A stretch of 64,000 nt of DNA from Nitrospirales bacterium (lineage in GTDB: Bacteria > Nitrospirota > Nitrospiria > Nitrospirales > UBA8639), in contig CBDBCZ010000019.1 in the NCBI GenBank assembly GCA_965203295.1, positions 2,528,001-2,592,000 on the forward strand, written 5' to 3'. The position numbers and the translations under genes are program-made. The notes below the pieces were generated by a model that was given only the letters and a program-made list of their open reading frames with translations, did no database searches and had not been told where the DNA came from. Shown piece after piece: positions 1 through 12,028 of this stretch. Each line of letters opens with the position of its first letter. Position 1 is the first letter of the stretch.

Positions 1-473
1 GCATGATCGGACTCTTCCCAATCAACTGTTGGAAAACCTCTCGGGATTTGACTTGTTCTTCAAGAATTTCAATCTTTTCATTGGCTAGGATGAAAGAGGT
101 TAAATCTGTAAAGGTCTCCACAGCCCCGACAACTTTTCCGGTTTCATTTCTCAGCACTGAAACGTTTCCGTGGAGATAGAGTTCCCGGCCATCGCGTCCC
201 AACACCTTACATTCTTGGTTGCAGATTCCCCATGGATGGTCAGTGGAATTCTCTAAAAATTCAGTGAGCTTGCTGAACCCTTTTACAATTCTGACCTTCT
301 AGAATGTGACAAGACTTCCCCACGACTTCTTGGCTAGATTACCCGGTAATTCTGGCTGCTCCTACACTCCAAACAACGATGATTCCCTTAGCATCGACCG
401 TAAAAATGCCATCTGCCATGGAATCAGCCATGCTGCTCAAAATGATCGGGTTTTTTCTAAAATCAAGCTCCAT
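1..473 (-). pseudogene. PAS-domain sigma-54-dependent (NtrC-like) regulator, N-terminal part, disrupted; continues past the window edge
   Basis: Manual translation: MELDFRKNPIILSSMADSMADGIFTVDAKGIIVVWSVGAARITG*SSQEVVGKSCHILEGQNCK/GFSKLTEFLE...VVGAVETFTDLT...FQQLIGKSPIM. PAS motif, then the 'LIGKSP.M' start of an AAA+ domain. In-frame TAA at 339-341 and an extra base in the T-run at 281-284. Confidence 0.75.
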
Positions 474-890
474 TCTGCCTCGATTCGGAATCAGCTTAAT
501 TCTGCAACAGATACCTCATGTAAATATCACCAATCCACATCTCATATCTCTTCTATATCTATATTCTCAAGAACACCCAAAAACCTAGTATCAGAGCTTC
601 TTGAACTCGTCGCTGCATTTCTTCGCTCAATGATTTGCTCTTTTTCGCTGGATGCCTATGCCTGAAGGTTTTGGAGAATGTCTGTAAGGGTCATGGAGTA
701 CTCGCGCACTTTTGGGAATTCGTTTCCAAGAGAAAAATCCTGTAACGGTAGGATCTGCCTGAAGGATAGAAGTGCCTCCTAAAACCTCTCAACATGAATC
801 GCGGATGGGTGCGACTCCCCCTTCTCTGGAAGCCCACCCACACGATCATCCATAGGTTTCCCTAGTTAAACGAGTCTAGCTTTTGGTGCT

Positions 891-2576
891 CTAGAGTGAG
901 GCTAATAGAGATTGAAAGGACGGATCGGTCTCTACCAGGCCTTTCAATGTATCGTTCTTGAGAAGATATTTCCAGGATTGCAAACTGGATCCCGGAATTT
1001 TTTCGTACCATTGGCGAGCCTCAGTTAAGAGCTCTAACATGGCCTGATTATCCCGGCTAGCTCGAAATGCTAAACTATAGGCTTTAGCATAAGACGTGGT
1101 GAATTTATCCATCGGGTTATTGGTTAAATGATAGGCTTCATCTGCTTCTTCATATCCCTTCACAATATCAGGGTCGTCGAAATGTCTATTCCACGCAACT
1201 TTACTAATCCGAGACCAAGCCAGCTCCAACAAAATCCTCGCACGTAACTCTGATTGATCGGATGGAATTTCAGTCAGCAATTGTTGTGGCGCCATTATGG
1301 CTATCATCTGATCATTCGTCCATCGGTACGCCAGACTCAACCGTAGCCGGTTGTCGAAGTTCCCTGGTTGCAAATCACTCAACACCTCCATGCCTGGGAT
1401 CATCCTATACAAATAATCAGCCGGAGTTGGGTCAGACTTTCCCCCCATTTCCATATGCAGAGAGATATCCATTCGATCTGTTTGTGCTTGTATCGTCCAA
1501 TAGAGTTCATTAAATCGTTTAGCTAATTCTTGATCACGAACCTCAACTCCATGGATTTTTGAACCATACGCCAAAAGTCCGTCATAGAGCTCATCACCGA
1601 TTGCTTCTAAGGCATGCTCATGTTGAGGACTGATCGCTAATATTCGATTTAACATCGTGATACGTTCTCTTCGGCTCGGAAAAGCTCTGGCTCGGATGAC
1701 GGCTGCTGTAAGAATGTCGGGAGCATACTGAGGTTCCCACCACTCAGTAGATTTTTGCATGTACCCTCCCGCCTCAATCACGAAGGGAATCGTCGTCCCA
1801 AAGGAGGTTTCCAATGGAATGTTTAAAACGGCCACATCAGTCGGGAAACCATGTTTCTTCAGGTCAGAAAGGACGACCCACTTAGTGATAACCGCCTTGA
1901 CGGGTCGTACGGGCTTTTTGTACGGGACGGCCCAATCTTTTTGCCCAGGAGCATTGGCCACAGGGGCATGAATGGGGTCTGAGTAATGGACCTTCATCCG
2001 CACCAGCATCGTTGGTACGGCTACCACTGGATCCTCATCTCGGATTTTAAAGGAAGCATGGGGTAAGGGCCCAACTCCCAAGGGCTCAAGTGTATACCCT
2101 AACGAACCAGCTGTGGATCCAATATGTTCCATCACAAAATACGAAGGGGAAAGTTGTCTGGCACCAGTTTCTGCGATCAAAAACCGTTTGAAATCGGCGA
2201 AATTGACGATCTTATCTTTCCCTGGCCATAACTCATCCAACCCTCGGTCGTGGCGATCAATCGCCCCGGCGTGGGCCGATGCCACTCGCTCCCAACACCA
2301 GGAATACACTGGATCGGAAGGTGGAGCAAAATTCCCGTCTATAGCTGAGCCATCTTGAAGCATTTTCAATAAACACACGATGTCATGTTGAGCAGCCACG
2401 ATAGGATTACTCGTTGCTAATGCATTCGCATACCGGGCAACAGCTTCAATCCCAGCCTTTTCCTGTTCCGCTATGACGTTCACGGCGGCATAGACTTGCT
2501 GGTCCGCACCGTACCCCATGATGATGACGGATCCACTCACGAGCACACCCAGAACGATCGTTTTCAACCTACTCAC
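891..2576 (-). CDS. Exported hypothetical protein, helical (TPR-like) C-terminal half
   Basis: Long ORF; GTG start after AGGAGGAG; N-terminal hydrophobic signal-like segment. Confidence 0.75.
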   Translation of the reverse strand: MSRLKTIVLGVLVSGSVIIMGYGADQQVYAAVNVIAEQEKAGIEAVARYANALATSNPIVAAQHDIVCLLKMLQDGSAIDGNFAPPSDPVYSWCWERVASAHAGAIDRHDRGLDELWPGKDKIVNFADFKRFLIAETGARQLSPSYFVMEHIGSTAGSLGYTLEPLGVGPLPHASFKIRDEDPVVAVPTMLVRMKVHYSDPIHAPVANAPGQKDWAVPYKKPVRPVKAVITKWVVLSDLKKHGFPTDVAVLNIPLETSFGTTIPFVIEAGGYMQKSTEWWEPQYAPDILTAAVIRARAFPSRRERITMLNRILAISPQHEHALEAIGDELYDGLLAYGSKIHGVEVRDQELAKRFNELYWTIQAQTDRMDISLHMEMGGKSDPTPADYLYRMIPGMEVLSDLQPGNFDNRLRLSLAYRWTNDQMIAIMAPQQLLTEIPSDQSELRARILLELAWSRISKVAWNRHFDDPDIVKGYEEADEAYHLTNNPMDKFTTSYAKAYSLAFRASRDNQAMLELLTEARQWYEKIPGSSLQSWKYLLKNDTLKGLVETDPSFQSLLASL

Positions 2577-2680
2577 AAAGAGACTCCTCCCTGAAGAAAA
2601 ACAAAACCACCGATGATACGAATCACTATACCACATGAAGCATTCTCCTCAAGACAAATGAATTAAAGCTGATTGAGCCA

Positions 2681-3148
2681 TCAATTGACATGTTGCTGAT
2701 CTCTTGAGTCATGAACGACAACGCTGCCATTCATCACATGGCCGGGAAGGTCACAGAAGAAGGGATAAACACCTGCTTGTTGGGGAACAAACACAATGTC
2801 GGTTTGGCCGAACGATGGCAGAAGAACCCGTTGTAATCCATCACTGCTAAATTCCGGAGCCCCGTTCCCAGCAACATGAAAACTCGTTTTCGTCAAAAGA
2901 TCTAACGGAACAAAGGCATGAAGCTCTGCATCAAGGTTTCGCAAAATAAGTCGGGTTTTCTGCCCCACTTGGACGGAGACAGTATTTGGTCTAAATTCCC
3001 GTGACTCAATGTCCACCGTCACCTCCACCTGATGATCTCCTGACGCCAAGTTCGGAAGAGGCTTAGCCAGGATAACGGGGACAATTTCCAGGAGAGCCCC
3101 AGTTCCCATTACGATAACGCATGCCGCAACGACGGCCCAAAATCTCAT
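2681..3148 (-). CDS. Periplasmic cupredoxin-domain protein
   Basis: Signal peptide; type-1 copper ligand set H(ELHAF)...C-x4-H-x-M (YPFFCDLPGHVM). Confidence 0.85.
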   Translation of the reverse strand: MRFWAVVAACVIVMGTGALLEIVPVILAKPLPNLASGDHQVEVTVDIESREFRPNTVSVQVGQKTRLILRNLDAELHAFVPLDLLTKTSFHVAGNGAPEFSSDGLQRVLLPSFGQTDIVFVPQQAGVYPFFCDLPGHVMNGSVVVHDSRDQQHVN

Positions 3149-3558
3149 ATCAGGTACTCCGTCCAATTTCCTGTCGTTGAAATGAGCTTGATCTTCCCTG
3201 TAGATGGGGGGCCAATACAAAGAATCAACTAAAGGGATTGTACAAGGTTTGCTACGAAAAACGAAAGTTCCTATCTTCATTCACCCTTGGATTCTCGTCT
3301 CACAACTAAAAGATTTTGATAAAGAGAGCAATTTTCACAAGAAAAGGGTTCGGGAAACCACAATGATCCGACCACATGCTTCGCCCCATCCAGCTCTGAT
3401 GACATAACCATCATGGAAAGGGAATAGTCTTTCAGATAGCCAGTATGCGTAAGGAATTCTTGCCTTGAAATTCATCCATTGACATTTTCCCTACAGGGCA
3501 AATCGATTAGAATCTCTTGTAATGACCTCTCAGTGGTTTAAATAGACCCTCGGCACTG

Positions 3559-3927
3559 ATGGACGCGAAGCAGGGCACAACAAACAAGTATCAATTTTCC
3601 GGAATCGACGACCGAGAGCGGGGGTTTACTCGGCAGGTCGACGTTACTGTTTCGGATGGAACATATCGAGCCGTTTTTTGGTATGAGTCAACGCGTGTAG
3701 AAGTGGACTCCTGCGGGACTGAAGTGACCGCGTTATCAAACTTAATCCGTAGACTTCAGGAAAAAGGGTACACCCAACTTCGATCGCAGTGGATCTTCAA
3801 AGGGGATCGGTATCTGGAGAATCAAGAGCTATGGGTGGAATACCAGGATCTGCCTTCTCTTCCTGAAAGAGGCCAAACCTGGTGGAACTGGATGCGTGGG
3901 TTATTCACAAAAAGCAGGGCTTCGTAA
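3559..3927 (+). CDS. Hypothetical protein
   Basis: 122-aa ORF filling the gap between opposite-strand genes; protein-like composition. Confidence 0.65.
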   Translation: MDAKQGTTNKYQFSGIDDRERGFTRQVDVTVSDGTYRAVFWYESTRVEVDSCGTEVTALSNLIRRLQEKGYTQLRSQWIFKGDRYLENQELWVEYQDLPSLPERGQTWWNWMRGLFTKSRAS

Positions 3928-3955
3928 ACACTCTCAACTCTTGAATGAGGCTGAA

Positions 3956-5608
3956 CTAGTTCTTGGCGAGCAACTTGGCGAGCCGTTGCGCGATGCGCTT
4001 CATGGCTGTGGAACGGTCGGCAGGATCAAGGAGGACATTGACCACATGCAGGTGGTGAGGATCGGCGATCGCAGAATCCAAGGCTTTGACTGTTTCCCCA
4101 TAGGTACTCACACGATACCCCACCCCTCCGCCCAATAGGTCGCAAATCTTTTCGTATTGCCATTCATAAATATCGTTAAATGGACCCTCGAGGATTTCAC
4201 GTTCAGTGGAATATCCGCGGTTGTTGAGAATCACGACAATGGGGATTTGACCATATCGTAAGCAGGTGGACAGTTCGGTCCCGGTCATTTGAAAGGCGCC
4301 ATCTCCGACCAAGACGATGGGACGGAGGGAGGGGTCAGCGAAAGACGCTCCCAATGCAGCCGGCACACTAAATCCCATAGAGGTATAGTAAGCGGGGGAG
4401 AGAAATTCTGCGCTTTTCCGTACACGAAGATCAGCCGCGGAAAAAAGCGACTCCCCGACATCAGCAATGACTATCGTTTTGTCATGAAGCAAACCATCCA
4501 GGTACCCAAACAGGTCTCGCAGGGTGATCGGTTTCTGTTGAGAAGAGGGTTCAAACCGCACGCTATCGTGAGTAGGCAGAGGCTGGGAAGGGAAAGCGGG
4601 AAGAGGTGATGAAGCAAGCGCCTTGACAAAATCTTCAAACTGCACGCTGTCATAGCGATGATGTTTGATTGCAAGCGTATCTGCTGTCACATGAATTGTC
4701 CGCCCGGCTGCCAATAAAGTCGAGTGGCCGGTCACATCCTCGATGTCTGTTAAGATGCTCCCGAGTGTCAGCAAACAGTCAGCCCTATTCACAAACTCCA
4801 GGACTTCTTCCCGTCCCACCAGGCCCCCATACAAGCCGATATAAAGAGGATGGTCTTCGCGAATCACTGATTTTCCCATAAGTGTCGTGGCGACCGGGAC
4901 ATTCATGTGTTCGACAAGTTGAGTCAGATCATCCTGTAGGGCAAACCGATAGATTTCCGCCCCAGCGAGGATCACAGGCCGTTCTGATCCGGAAAGAATC
5001 CCTCGTACTTCAGTAATCGCCTCCTTAAGGGTCGCGGGATCGCTCCGGCATTCTGTTTCTTGAGGAGGCATCGATGAAGAGACCTTGACCGGAGTCAGCA
5101 CCATATCACGAGGAATTTCTAGATAAATGGGATGCTTATACCGCAGCAGCGCATTCAAGGCTTGGTCGATTTCACGTTCCACCGTCAAGGGGTCATCGAG
5201 GACAACTGAGGCAACCGTCACCTTTTCAAACACTTCCCGTTGAGTCGAAAAGTCCCGAACCATGTGATGCAGAAAAGGATTTTTCACCCGCTCGGCTAAA
5301 CCAAGTGATCCGGAAAGCATGACGACGGGTGACCGCTCGGCATATGCACAGGCGATGGCATTCACAATATTGAGTCCCCCCACGCAATATGTCACACAGG
5401 CTCCGCCAATTCCATGAATCCGTGCGTAGGCATCAGCCGCAAACCCAGCGCAATCTTCTCTCGTCGTCCCGACATGCTGAATGGGTGATTCTTCAATGAG
5501 TTTGTACAGAGTCAGGACATAATCTCCTGGAATGCCGAAGATATGGTTCAATCCAAGTTGATGCAGACGATCAAGGAGAAGGGACCCTATGGTGCGAGAA
5601 ATGGTCAT
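3956..5608 (-). CDS. ipdC: ThDP-dependent alpha-keto acid (indolepyruvate/pyruvate) decarboxylase
   Basis: IFGIPGDY, AGFAADAYAR, HH motif, GDGAFQMTG...LNNRGY ThDP motif. Confidence 0.85.
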   Translation of the reverse strand: MTISRTIGSLLLDRLHQLGLNHIFGIPGDYVLTLYKLIEESPIQHVGTTREDCAGFAADAYARIHGIGGACVTYCVGGLNIVNAIACAYAERSPVVMLSGSLGLAERVKNPFLHHMVRDFSTQREVFEKVTVASVVLDDPLTVEREIDQALNALLRYKHPIYLEIPRDMVLTPVKVSSSMPPQETECRSDPATLKEAITEVRGILSGSERPVILAGAEIYRFALQDDLTQLVEHMNVPVATTLMGKSVIREDHPLYIGLYGGLVGREEVLEFVNRADCLLTLGSILTDIEDVTGHSTLLAAGRTIHVTADTLAIKHHRYDSVQFEDFVKALASSPLPAFPSQPLPTHDSVRFEPSSQQKPITLRDLFGYLDGLLHDKTIVIADVGESLFSAADLRVRKSAEFLSPAYYTSMGFSVPAALGASFADPSLRPIVLVGDGAFQMTGTELSTCLRYGQIPIVVILNNRGYSTEREILEGPFNDIYEWQYEKICDLLGGGVGYRVSTYGETVKALDSAIADPHHLHVVNVLLDPADRSTAMKRIAQRLAKLLAKN

Positions 5609-5802
5609 GGAAGGTTTTCTCATCTCTTTGCGATAGATGAAAATAAGCTCATTGGTCTGATCTCTGGTCGAGATTGCCTCAAATCCGTTACCCTTCTTCA
5701 TCATACCATGAAGGATATCTTCAAGCCCTGCCCAGGGAGCCTAAGAATTCCTAACTTAACCTTGCCTGGAAGAAGCATCCCAGTGAGATTGGACAATCTT
5801 GC

Positions 5803-7091
5803 TCATTCGTCTCTTTCCTTCTTTGTTTCCAGTTTGTCAATGACTACAGCGCCCACGGCGTCTCCCCAGACATTGACGGTCGTCCGGCATCGGTCAAGAA
5901 ACCAGTCAATCACGAGAATCAGAGCAATACCTTCAATGGGAAGATCAACGGCTTTCAGAGGGAAGATCAACGGCTTTCAGAACAATGACCATTGTGACGA
6001 GCCCAGCTTCAGGAATGCCGGCTGCACATACTGCGGCTAGGGTGGCTGTGACAAACACAATAATGGTCTGACCAATCCCTAATTCAATGCCGTAGGTTTG
6101 TGCGATAAACATGGCGGCAATCGCCTCATAGAATGCCGTTCCGTTCATGTTGATTGTAGCACCAAGGGGTAACACAAACCGAGCAATGCGAGATGAAATC
6201 CCTTGCCGTTCGATGACCCCTTCCATGGTGAGCGGAAGAGTCGCTGAACTTGAGCCTGTGGAGAAGGCTGTGGTAAGCGCGGTACCAATATTTCTGACGA
6301 ACGCCCCCACTGGCTGCTTTGCAAAAAACCAAAGGATGAGAGTCAGCGTGACACCGGCATGTATAGCCAACGCAATGAGTACGGTGGCCACATAGGCCCC
6401 GAGGTTGACTAACTGGGACCAAAAACCACTGAACCCTCCAGCTTCTCCCAATCGACCAGCGATTAAAGCGCCAATTCCTATAGGTGCCGCCCACATCAGT
6501 AGATGAATCATCGCCATGACAGCATCGTTTACCCCTATCAAAAAATCGAAGAACGTGTTTCCCTCGTTCACCTAAAGTCGTGAGGACTGCTCCGAAGACC
6601 AGTGAGAACACGATAAGCGGTAGCACGTCGGCATTGGCCATGGCTTGAAAGAGATTTTCAGGAACCAACCCAGTCAGAATGGTTCGGAGAAGATTGGAAA
6701 TAGTCGCTGGTTTTTCAGCGATTCGTGAGGAGATTTCCTCCATCTGCTCTGGCGTAGAGATGAGTGCCTGGCCGTCGCTGGAAACACCTGGTTGAATGAC
6801 CGAAACCAAAATGAGCCCGATCAGCACAGCAGCTCCCGTGGTCGTGATGAAATACAGAATGGTTCGTCCACCTAAAAGACCCAATTTGCGAACATCACCC
6901 AAGCTGGCTACCCCGACAATCATGGAAGTGATGACAAGCGGTACGACCATGACAAACAGCGCACGAAGAAAGATGTCTCCTAAAAATTGGACACTTTTTC
7001 CCGCCTCGGGTATCAATCCCCCTAGAAATGTGCCGGTCACTATTCCGAACAGAATCGAAGCCAGGAGTCGGTGTGGAGCAGTCGGAGTCAT
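5803..7091 (-). pseudogene. Dicarboxylate/amino acid:cation symporter (SDF/DAACS, GltP-like), two frameshifts
   Basis: AFSTGSSSATLP, LGATINMNGTA and the tail [21 protein letters not shown] lie in three segments; +1 base near 6536 and a 22-bp tandem duplication at 5938-5981. Confidence 0.9.
5938..5981. repeat. Perfect 22-bp tandem duplication
   Basis: GGGAAGATCAACGGCTTTCAGA x2. Confidence 0.97.
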
Positions 7092-7193
7092 CAGTAGTCT
7101 CTAGAGACGATATCTCCTCGTGATCCGACCTTCGGTCATTGTGTCTTTTTTACCATTCCGCGGTAGTTAGAAAATCAAGTGGAGCCCCACGAT

Positions 7194-7406
7194 TTCAACC
7201 TACTACGCCGAAGGAGCCCTCCTTCGCCAAGTCGCCGACCGCGCCAAAGCCGCTTTGGCGACGGCGCGGCTTTGGCGGGCACCCGCTTCGCATTTCTCGT
7301 CCGACGCCATAGGCTTTGGCCGACGGCTGTCCACGGCTTGATCCACCCTCCGTAGCCGGCTACTGCGGAGGACGGGCAGACGTAGATTCTTGAGAAGGCG
7401 GGTGAA
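7194..7406. repeat. GC-rich nested palindromic (REP/MITE-like) element
   Basis: Markedly more GC-rich than flanks; hairpins CGCCAAAGC-C-GCTTTGGCG and CCTCCG...CGGAGG enclosing the palindrome GTAGCCGGCTAC; weakly complementary ends. Confidence 0.6.
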
Positions 7407-7476
7407 TGATGAAGACGAGAGTAGTAAACAAGCAATGTCAACCCAAATGCGTCGGGAAAGTGGCACGAAGTGAGAG

Positions 7477-10359
7477 TTAATAACTCTCCATGGGGGGGCA
7501 GGTACAGACGAGGTTTCGATCCCCATACGCGTTATCAATTCGAGACACAGCGGGCCAGAATTTTTGGTGGCGAAGCCAAGGGGCCGGAAACGCAGCTTGT
7601 TCCTGAGTATAGGGGTGCTTCCATTTCGAGGAAGCGACCGTTTCGATGGTGTGGGGAGCGTTTTTGAGTGGATTATCGTCCCGAGGGAGACGTCCCTCTT
7701 CGATCGCTTCGATTTCTTTTCTGATGAGAATCAACGCCTCGCAATAGCGATCCATTTCTGATTTAGATTCACTTTCCGTGGGTTCAATCATCATCGTACC
7801 TGGAACAGGCCAAGAAATGGTTGGTGCGTGAAATCCGAAGTCCATAAGACGTTTGGCGATATCCTCAACTTCGACAGCCGCACTTTTTTTGAAGGGTCGA
7901 AGATCAAGGATGAATTCGTGGGCAGACAGTCCATTTTTCCCTGTAAATAGAATTGGATAATGCTTGTCCAATCGTTTGGCCATGTAATTCGCATTGAGGA
8001 TCGCCACTTTCGTCGCCTTGGTCATACCCTCTCTTCCCATCAAGCGGATAAACGCCCAAGAAATCGGAAGGATGCTAGGGCTTCCGTAAGGAGCGGCTGC
8101 GATAGGACCAATGGCCTGTTGGCTTCCAGTTTCTCGAAAAGGATGGGAAGGTAAGAATGGAGCAAGTTGAGGTGTCACGCCGATGGGCCCCATTCCTGGG
8201 CCTCCCCCACCATGAGGAATACAGAACGTTTTGTGAAGGTTCAAATGACACACATCAGCACCAAAATCTCCAGGCCGGCAGAGTCCCACCATGGCGTTCA
8301 TATTGGCTCCGTCCATATACACCTGTCCTCCGTGGTCATGGACAACCTCACACACCTCCCGAATCGTTTCTTCAAAAACCCCATGAGTAGACGGATAGGT
8401 CACCATTAAGACGGCAAGCGTCTCACGATACTGTTCGGCCTTTTCTCGCAAATCTTTTAAGTCAATATTGCCTTGGTTGTCGCATGCCACAGAGACAACT
8501 TTGAACCCGGCGATGACAGCACTGGCGGGATTCGTTCCATGAGCTGAAACGGGTATTAAACAAACATTTCGTTGGGCCTGCCCTCGCGTCTCATGGTAGG
8601 CCCTGACCACCATGAGTCCGGCATATTCTCCCTGTGAACCGGCATTAGGTTGCAATGAGACTGCGGCGAAACCAGTAATTTCTGCCAGCCATGCTTCAAG
8701 CTGTCTGATGAGTTCCTCGTATCCATGGGTCTGGTCCTTTGGTGCATAGGGATGAAGCCGCCCGAATTTTGGCCAGGTGACTGGAATCATCTCTGTCGTG
8801 GCGTTGAGTTTCATCGTGCAGGACCCTAGCGGCATCATGGAGTGCACCAGAGATAGATCTTTGCCTTGTAAACCATACAGGTACCGGAGCAACTCATGTT
8901 CCGAGTGGTACCGGTTAAACACCTCATGGGTGAGAAATGGACTGGTTCGAGCAAATGATTCGGGGAGAGAGGATGGACTCGCCGTGGCCACCGATGAGCA
9001 GGTCATTTGGGGTCGGCCTTTACTCGTAAATATTGAGAACAGCCGATCTACGTCGAAAGTCGTCGCCACTTCATCGAGTGAGATCCCAAATGCTCCATCT
9101 TCAAATAATCGAAGATTGACTTGGCGGGCTTGTGATTCGGTGACTACCTGCTCTGTACTGAGATGGAGCGGTTTCACGCGTATCGTATCGAAAAAAGGTT
9201 CAGTGCTGAGCTGACAGCCTAATTGGATTAATCCTTCAGCGAGAATCGCGGTCATGCCATGAACCTGTTGGGCGATCCGCTTCAGTCCCTCCGATCCATG
9301 ATAGACGGCGTACAGGCTGGCGATATTCGCCAGCAAGACTTGAGCCGTGCAAATGTTACTCGTTGCCTTATCTCGACGAATATGTTGCTCGCGGGTTTGA
9401 ATGGCTAACCTGAAGGCCAGATGGTCCGAAGCATCGCGGGACATGCCGACAAGGCGCCCTGGGATTTGCCGTTTATACTCTTCTCTTGTCGAGAGGAATG
9501 CCGCATGAGGACCACCAAACCCCAATGGCACACCAAACCGTTGGCTTGATCCTACCGCGATATCGGCACCGAATTCTCCAGGAGGGCGAAGAAGGGTAAG
9601 CGCCAACAAATCTGTCGCCACGACGACGAATGCCCCAACGTGATGGGCTTGGGTGATGAGATCTTGGTAATTTCGTATGTAACCTTCTGTTGTAGGATAT
9701 TGAAGAAGAATGCCGAAGAACTGTTCTGTTCCAAAAGGGATGTGATCGGTCAAGCCTACCTGAATCTTTATTCCCAGGGGTTCGGCCCGAGATTGCACTA
9801 CGGCAATCGTTTGGGGATGGCAATCCTCTGCGATAAAGAAGGACTGTTGGTCACCTTTTGCCAATGAACGACACATGAGCATGGCTTCGGCTGCTGCTGT
9901 GGCTTCATCGAGCAAGGAGGCATTGGCCAGGGGAAGCCCTGTCAGATCAGCTATCATGGTTTGAAAATTAAACAGCGTTTCTAAACGCCCCTGCGCAACT
10001 TCTGCCTGATAGGGCGTGTATTGGGTATACCATCCTGGATTTTCCAGGACATTTCGGAGAATGATGGGCGGGGTGATGCAATCGTAGTAACCCATTCCAA
10101 TGAAGGACCGGAAGATGTGATTGCGATCGGCTATCTCGCGAAGGGCACTCAGGACTTGCTGTTCACTGAGTGATTCAGGAAGGTTCAATGGCTGTTGCAG
10201 TCGAATGGGTTCTGGGATGGTTGCCTGAACAAGATCATCTAAGGAAGAGAGGCCCAAAGTTCCCAGCATTTCCTGGATGTCAGAGTCTGTTGAGCCCAAA
10301 TGACGGCGAGGAAACGTGTCAAGAGGATGAAGCCAATGGGGAACGGATTGTTCTGTCAT
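7477..10359 (-). CDS. gcvP: Glycine dehydrogenase (decarboxylating), glycine cleavage P protein
   Basis: [54 protein letters not shown]. Confidence 0.97.
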   Translation of the reverse strand: MTEQSVPHWLHPLDTFPRRHLGSTDSDIQEMLGTLGLSSLDDLVQATIPEPIRLQQPLNLPESLSEQQVLSALREIADRNHIFRSFIGMGYYDCITPPIILRNVLENPGWYTQYTPYQAEVAQGRLETLFNFQTMIADLTGLPLANASLLDEATAAAEAMLMCRSLAKGDQQSFFIAEDCHPQTIAVVQSRAEPLGIKIQVGLTDHIPFGTEQFFGILLQYPTTEGYIRNYQDLITQAHHVGAFVVVATDLLALTLLRPPGEFGADIAVGSSQRFGVPLGFGGPHAAFLSTREEYKRQIPGRLVGMSRDASDHLAFRLAIQTREQHIRRDKATSNICTAQVLLANIASLYAVYHGSEGLKRIAQQVHGMTAILAEGLIQLGCQLSTEPFFDTIRVKPLHLSTEQVVTESQARQVNLRLFEDGAFGISLDEVATTFDVDRLFSIFTSKGRPQMTCSSVATASPSSLPESFARTSPFLTHEVFNRYHSEHELLRYLYGLQGKDLSLVHSMMPLGSCTMKLNATTEMIPVTWPKFGRLHPYAPKDQTHGYEELIRQLEAWLAEITGFAAVSLQPNAGSQGEYAGLMVVRAYHETRGQAQRNVCLIPVSAHGTNPASAVIAGFKVVSVACDNQGNIDLKDLREKAEQYRETLAVLMVTYPSTHGVFEETIREVCEVVHDHGGQVYMDGANMNAMVGLCRPGDFGADVCHLNLHKTFCIPHGGGGPGMGPIGVTPQLAPFLPSHPFRETGSQQAIGPIAAAPYGSPSILPISWAFIRLMGREGMTKATKVAILNANYMAKRLDKHYPILFTGKNGLSAHEFILDLRPFKKSAAVEVEDIAKRLMDFGFHAPTISWPVPGTMMIEPTESESKSEMDRYCEALILIRKEIEAIEEGRLPRDDNPLKNAPHTIETVASSKWKHPYTQEQAAFPAPWLRHQKFWPAVSRIDNAYGDRNLVCTCPPMESY

Positions 10360-10715
10360 GGTTTCGAAATCTGAAATAGTAATGGGCACAAATATAAACT
10401 CCACACCGTCATTGCATGTCGTACCCAGATTGAATGAAATAACGTTGGACTTGGGATTCGTTGAACCCCGAGAAATAGAAGCAAGGTGTGAAGTCTTGGT
10501 TCCGGAAGGCCCTCATTCACCAGTTTACAAACGGCGCTCGTCTCTCCACTCAGAATTTTCCAATAGGGTAACATGCCCAAGGGGCTTCTGAAAAGTTATA
10601 TGTCGTGAAAAGTCAAGAAATTAGGCATTTGTGCTTAAGGTTGCGAACGGTTGTTGTTTTACGGTACAGGGGAAGGAATTGATATATTCTTTCTAAGAAA
10701 TTTTGAGGTCAATTG

Positions 10716-12028
10716 ATGATTGTCTTGTCCAATATTCGAAAATTGTATGACGGAACGTCAGCCATTAAGGATGCCGTTCGAGAATTCGTTGATGTCTGGA
10801 TTGAAGGAGAAACGATTACAGCAGTCGTGCCTCATAAGCCTCGTACACCGAAAGGCTCAGAAATTCAGCGAATTGATTGTTCCGGCTATGTCGTGACGCC
10901 AGGGCTCATTGATTGTCACGGTCACGTGACCCTGCATGGGGTGGGTCGGGATGACATGGAGCGGATGAATTCTCAAGGTGGTCTGCTTTATGCTGAGGGT
11001 ATTCTCTATACCACCCTCGTTGATGGTGGGGTGACAACGGTGAGGGATGTAGGAGGAGCGACCCATTTCCTTAAACGTATGATTGATGAAGGCATGATGA
11101 TGGGGCCCCGGTTAAAGATCGCGATTTGTATGCTATCGACCACAGGAGGTCATGCTGACTTCCGTGGTCCTGACCGCTGTTGTGGGGACTTGTCGCGGTT
11201 ATGGCCTCCAGGGCCAGGCCGACCTTCCAGCATTGTGGATGGACCTTGGGATTGTCGGAAGCGTATTCGAGAGATTGCAGCCTGTGGAGCGGATCTGGTT
11301 AAAATTTGTGCCAGTCCTGGGGTGATTTCTCCTATGGATCATCTCGAGCATCGTGACTTTACGGCTGAGGAAATAGAGGCGATCTGTGAGGAGGCTGCTG
11401 CACGCGGTTTATATGTCGCGGCTCATGCCCACAGCCATAGTGGTATCGCCTTAGCGATTGATCATGGAGTCCAAGATATCCAGCATATTTCCTTTATGGA
11501 CGAAGCCTTGGCTGAGAAGGCATATATTCAAGGGCTGTGCCGTGACCCCTACGTCCTGGATTACTCAAGCGTTATTGGAAGGAAAGGGTCTGAGTCCGTT
11601 TGTCCAAGAAAAAGTCCGGCAAGTCGCGACAGCTCATTCCCGTGCTGTACAAATAGCGCATCAAAGCGGGCTGGTTTTGCTAGCAGGAAGCGACCCGGTA
11701 CTCCCAGGAATGCACGGGAAAAACTATATGGAACTTGTATCGTTAATCCAAGATGGGGTTCCTGCCTTGTCGGCTTGGTACAGCGCGACAGGCTTAGCTG
11801 GAGAACGCATTGGATTAACAAAGATCGGGAAAATCCTTTCAGGTTTCCGCGCCGACCTTCTTACTTATTACGAAATCAGATGTTGTCAGTGATCCGACCC
11901 TGTTTTTAGAGGGAACCCTCATTGAGGTCATGAAGGATGGATTTGGATATCGTGGAGCTCTTTCTGAGCTTCCACAACGAACTTTTGAGCAAGGCGTGAG
12001 AGAAAGGATGGAACATACGGACTTATGA
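10716..12028 (+). pseudogene. Metal-dependent amidohydrolase (Xaa-Pro dipeptidase-like), two frameshifts
   Basis: PGLIDCHGH, GVTTVRDVGG, VAAHAH, AGSD; +1 near 11527 and CTTA-CTTA duplication near 11860; third frame gives ...EVMKDG... ending TGA at 12028. Confidence 0.85.

Noticed and set aside
500..695. Possible remnant ORF (MTLTDILQNLQA*...) upstream of the PAS regulator
   Set aside because: Early stop and no recognisable motif
7176..7200. tRNA 3'-end-like GGTTGAAATCGTGGGGCTCCA on the minus strand
   Set aside because: No TTCG T-loop or cloverleaf; better explained as the edge of the repeat element
7175..7667. ORF-track entries over the GC-rich repeat, and the many ORFs antisense to core genes throughout the window
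   Set aside because: They overlap well-supported genes or repeats and show no motifs or RBS
10430..10600. Glycine riboswitch upstream of gcvP (GGAGAGA...CGCCG on the minus strand)
   Set aside because: The conserved GAAG and CTCTCAGG elements are missing and I could not build the aptamer; needs an Rfam scan
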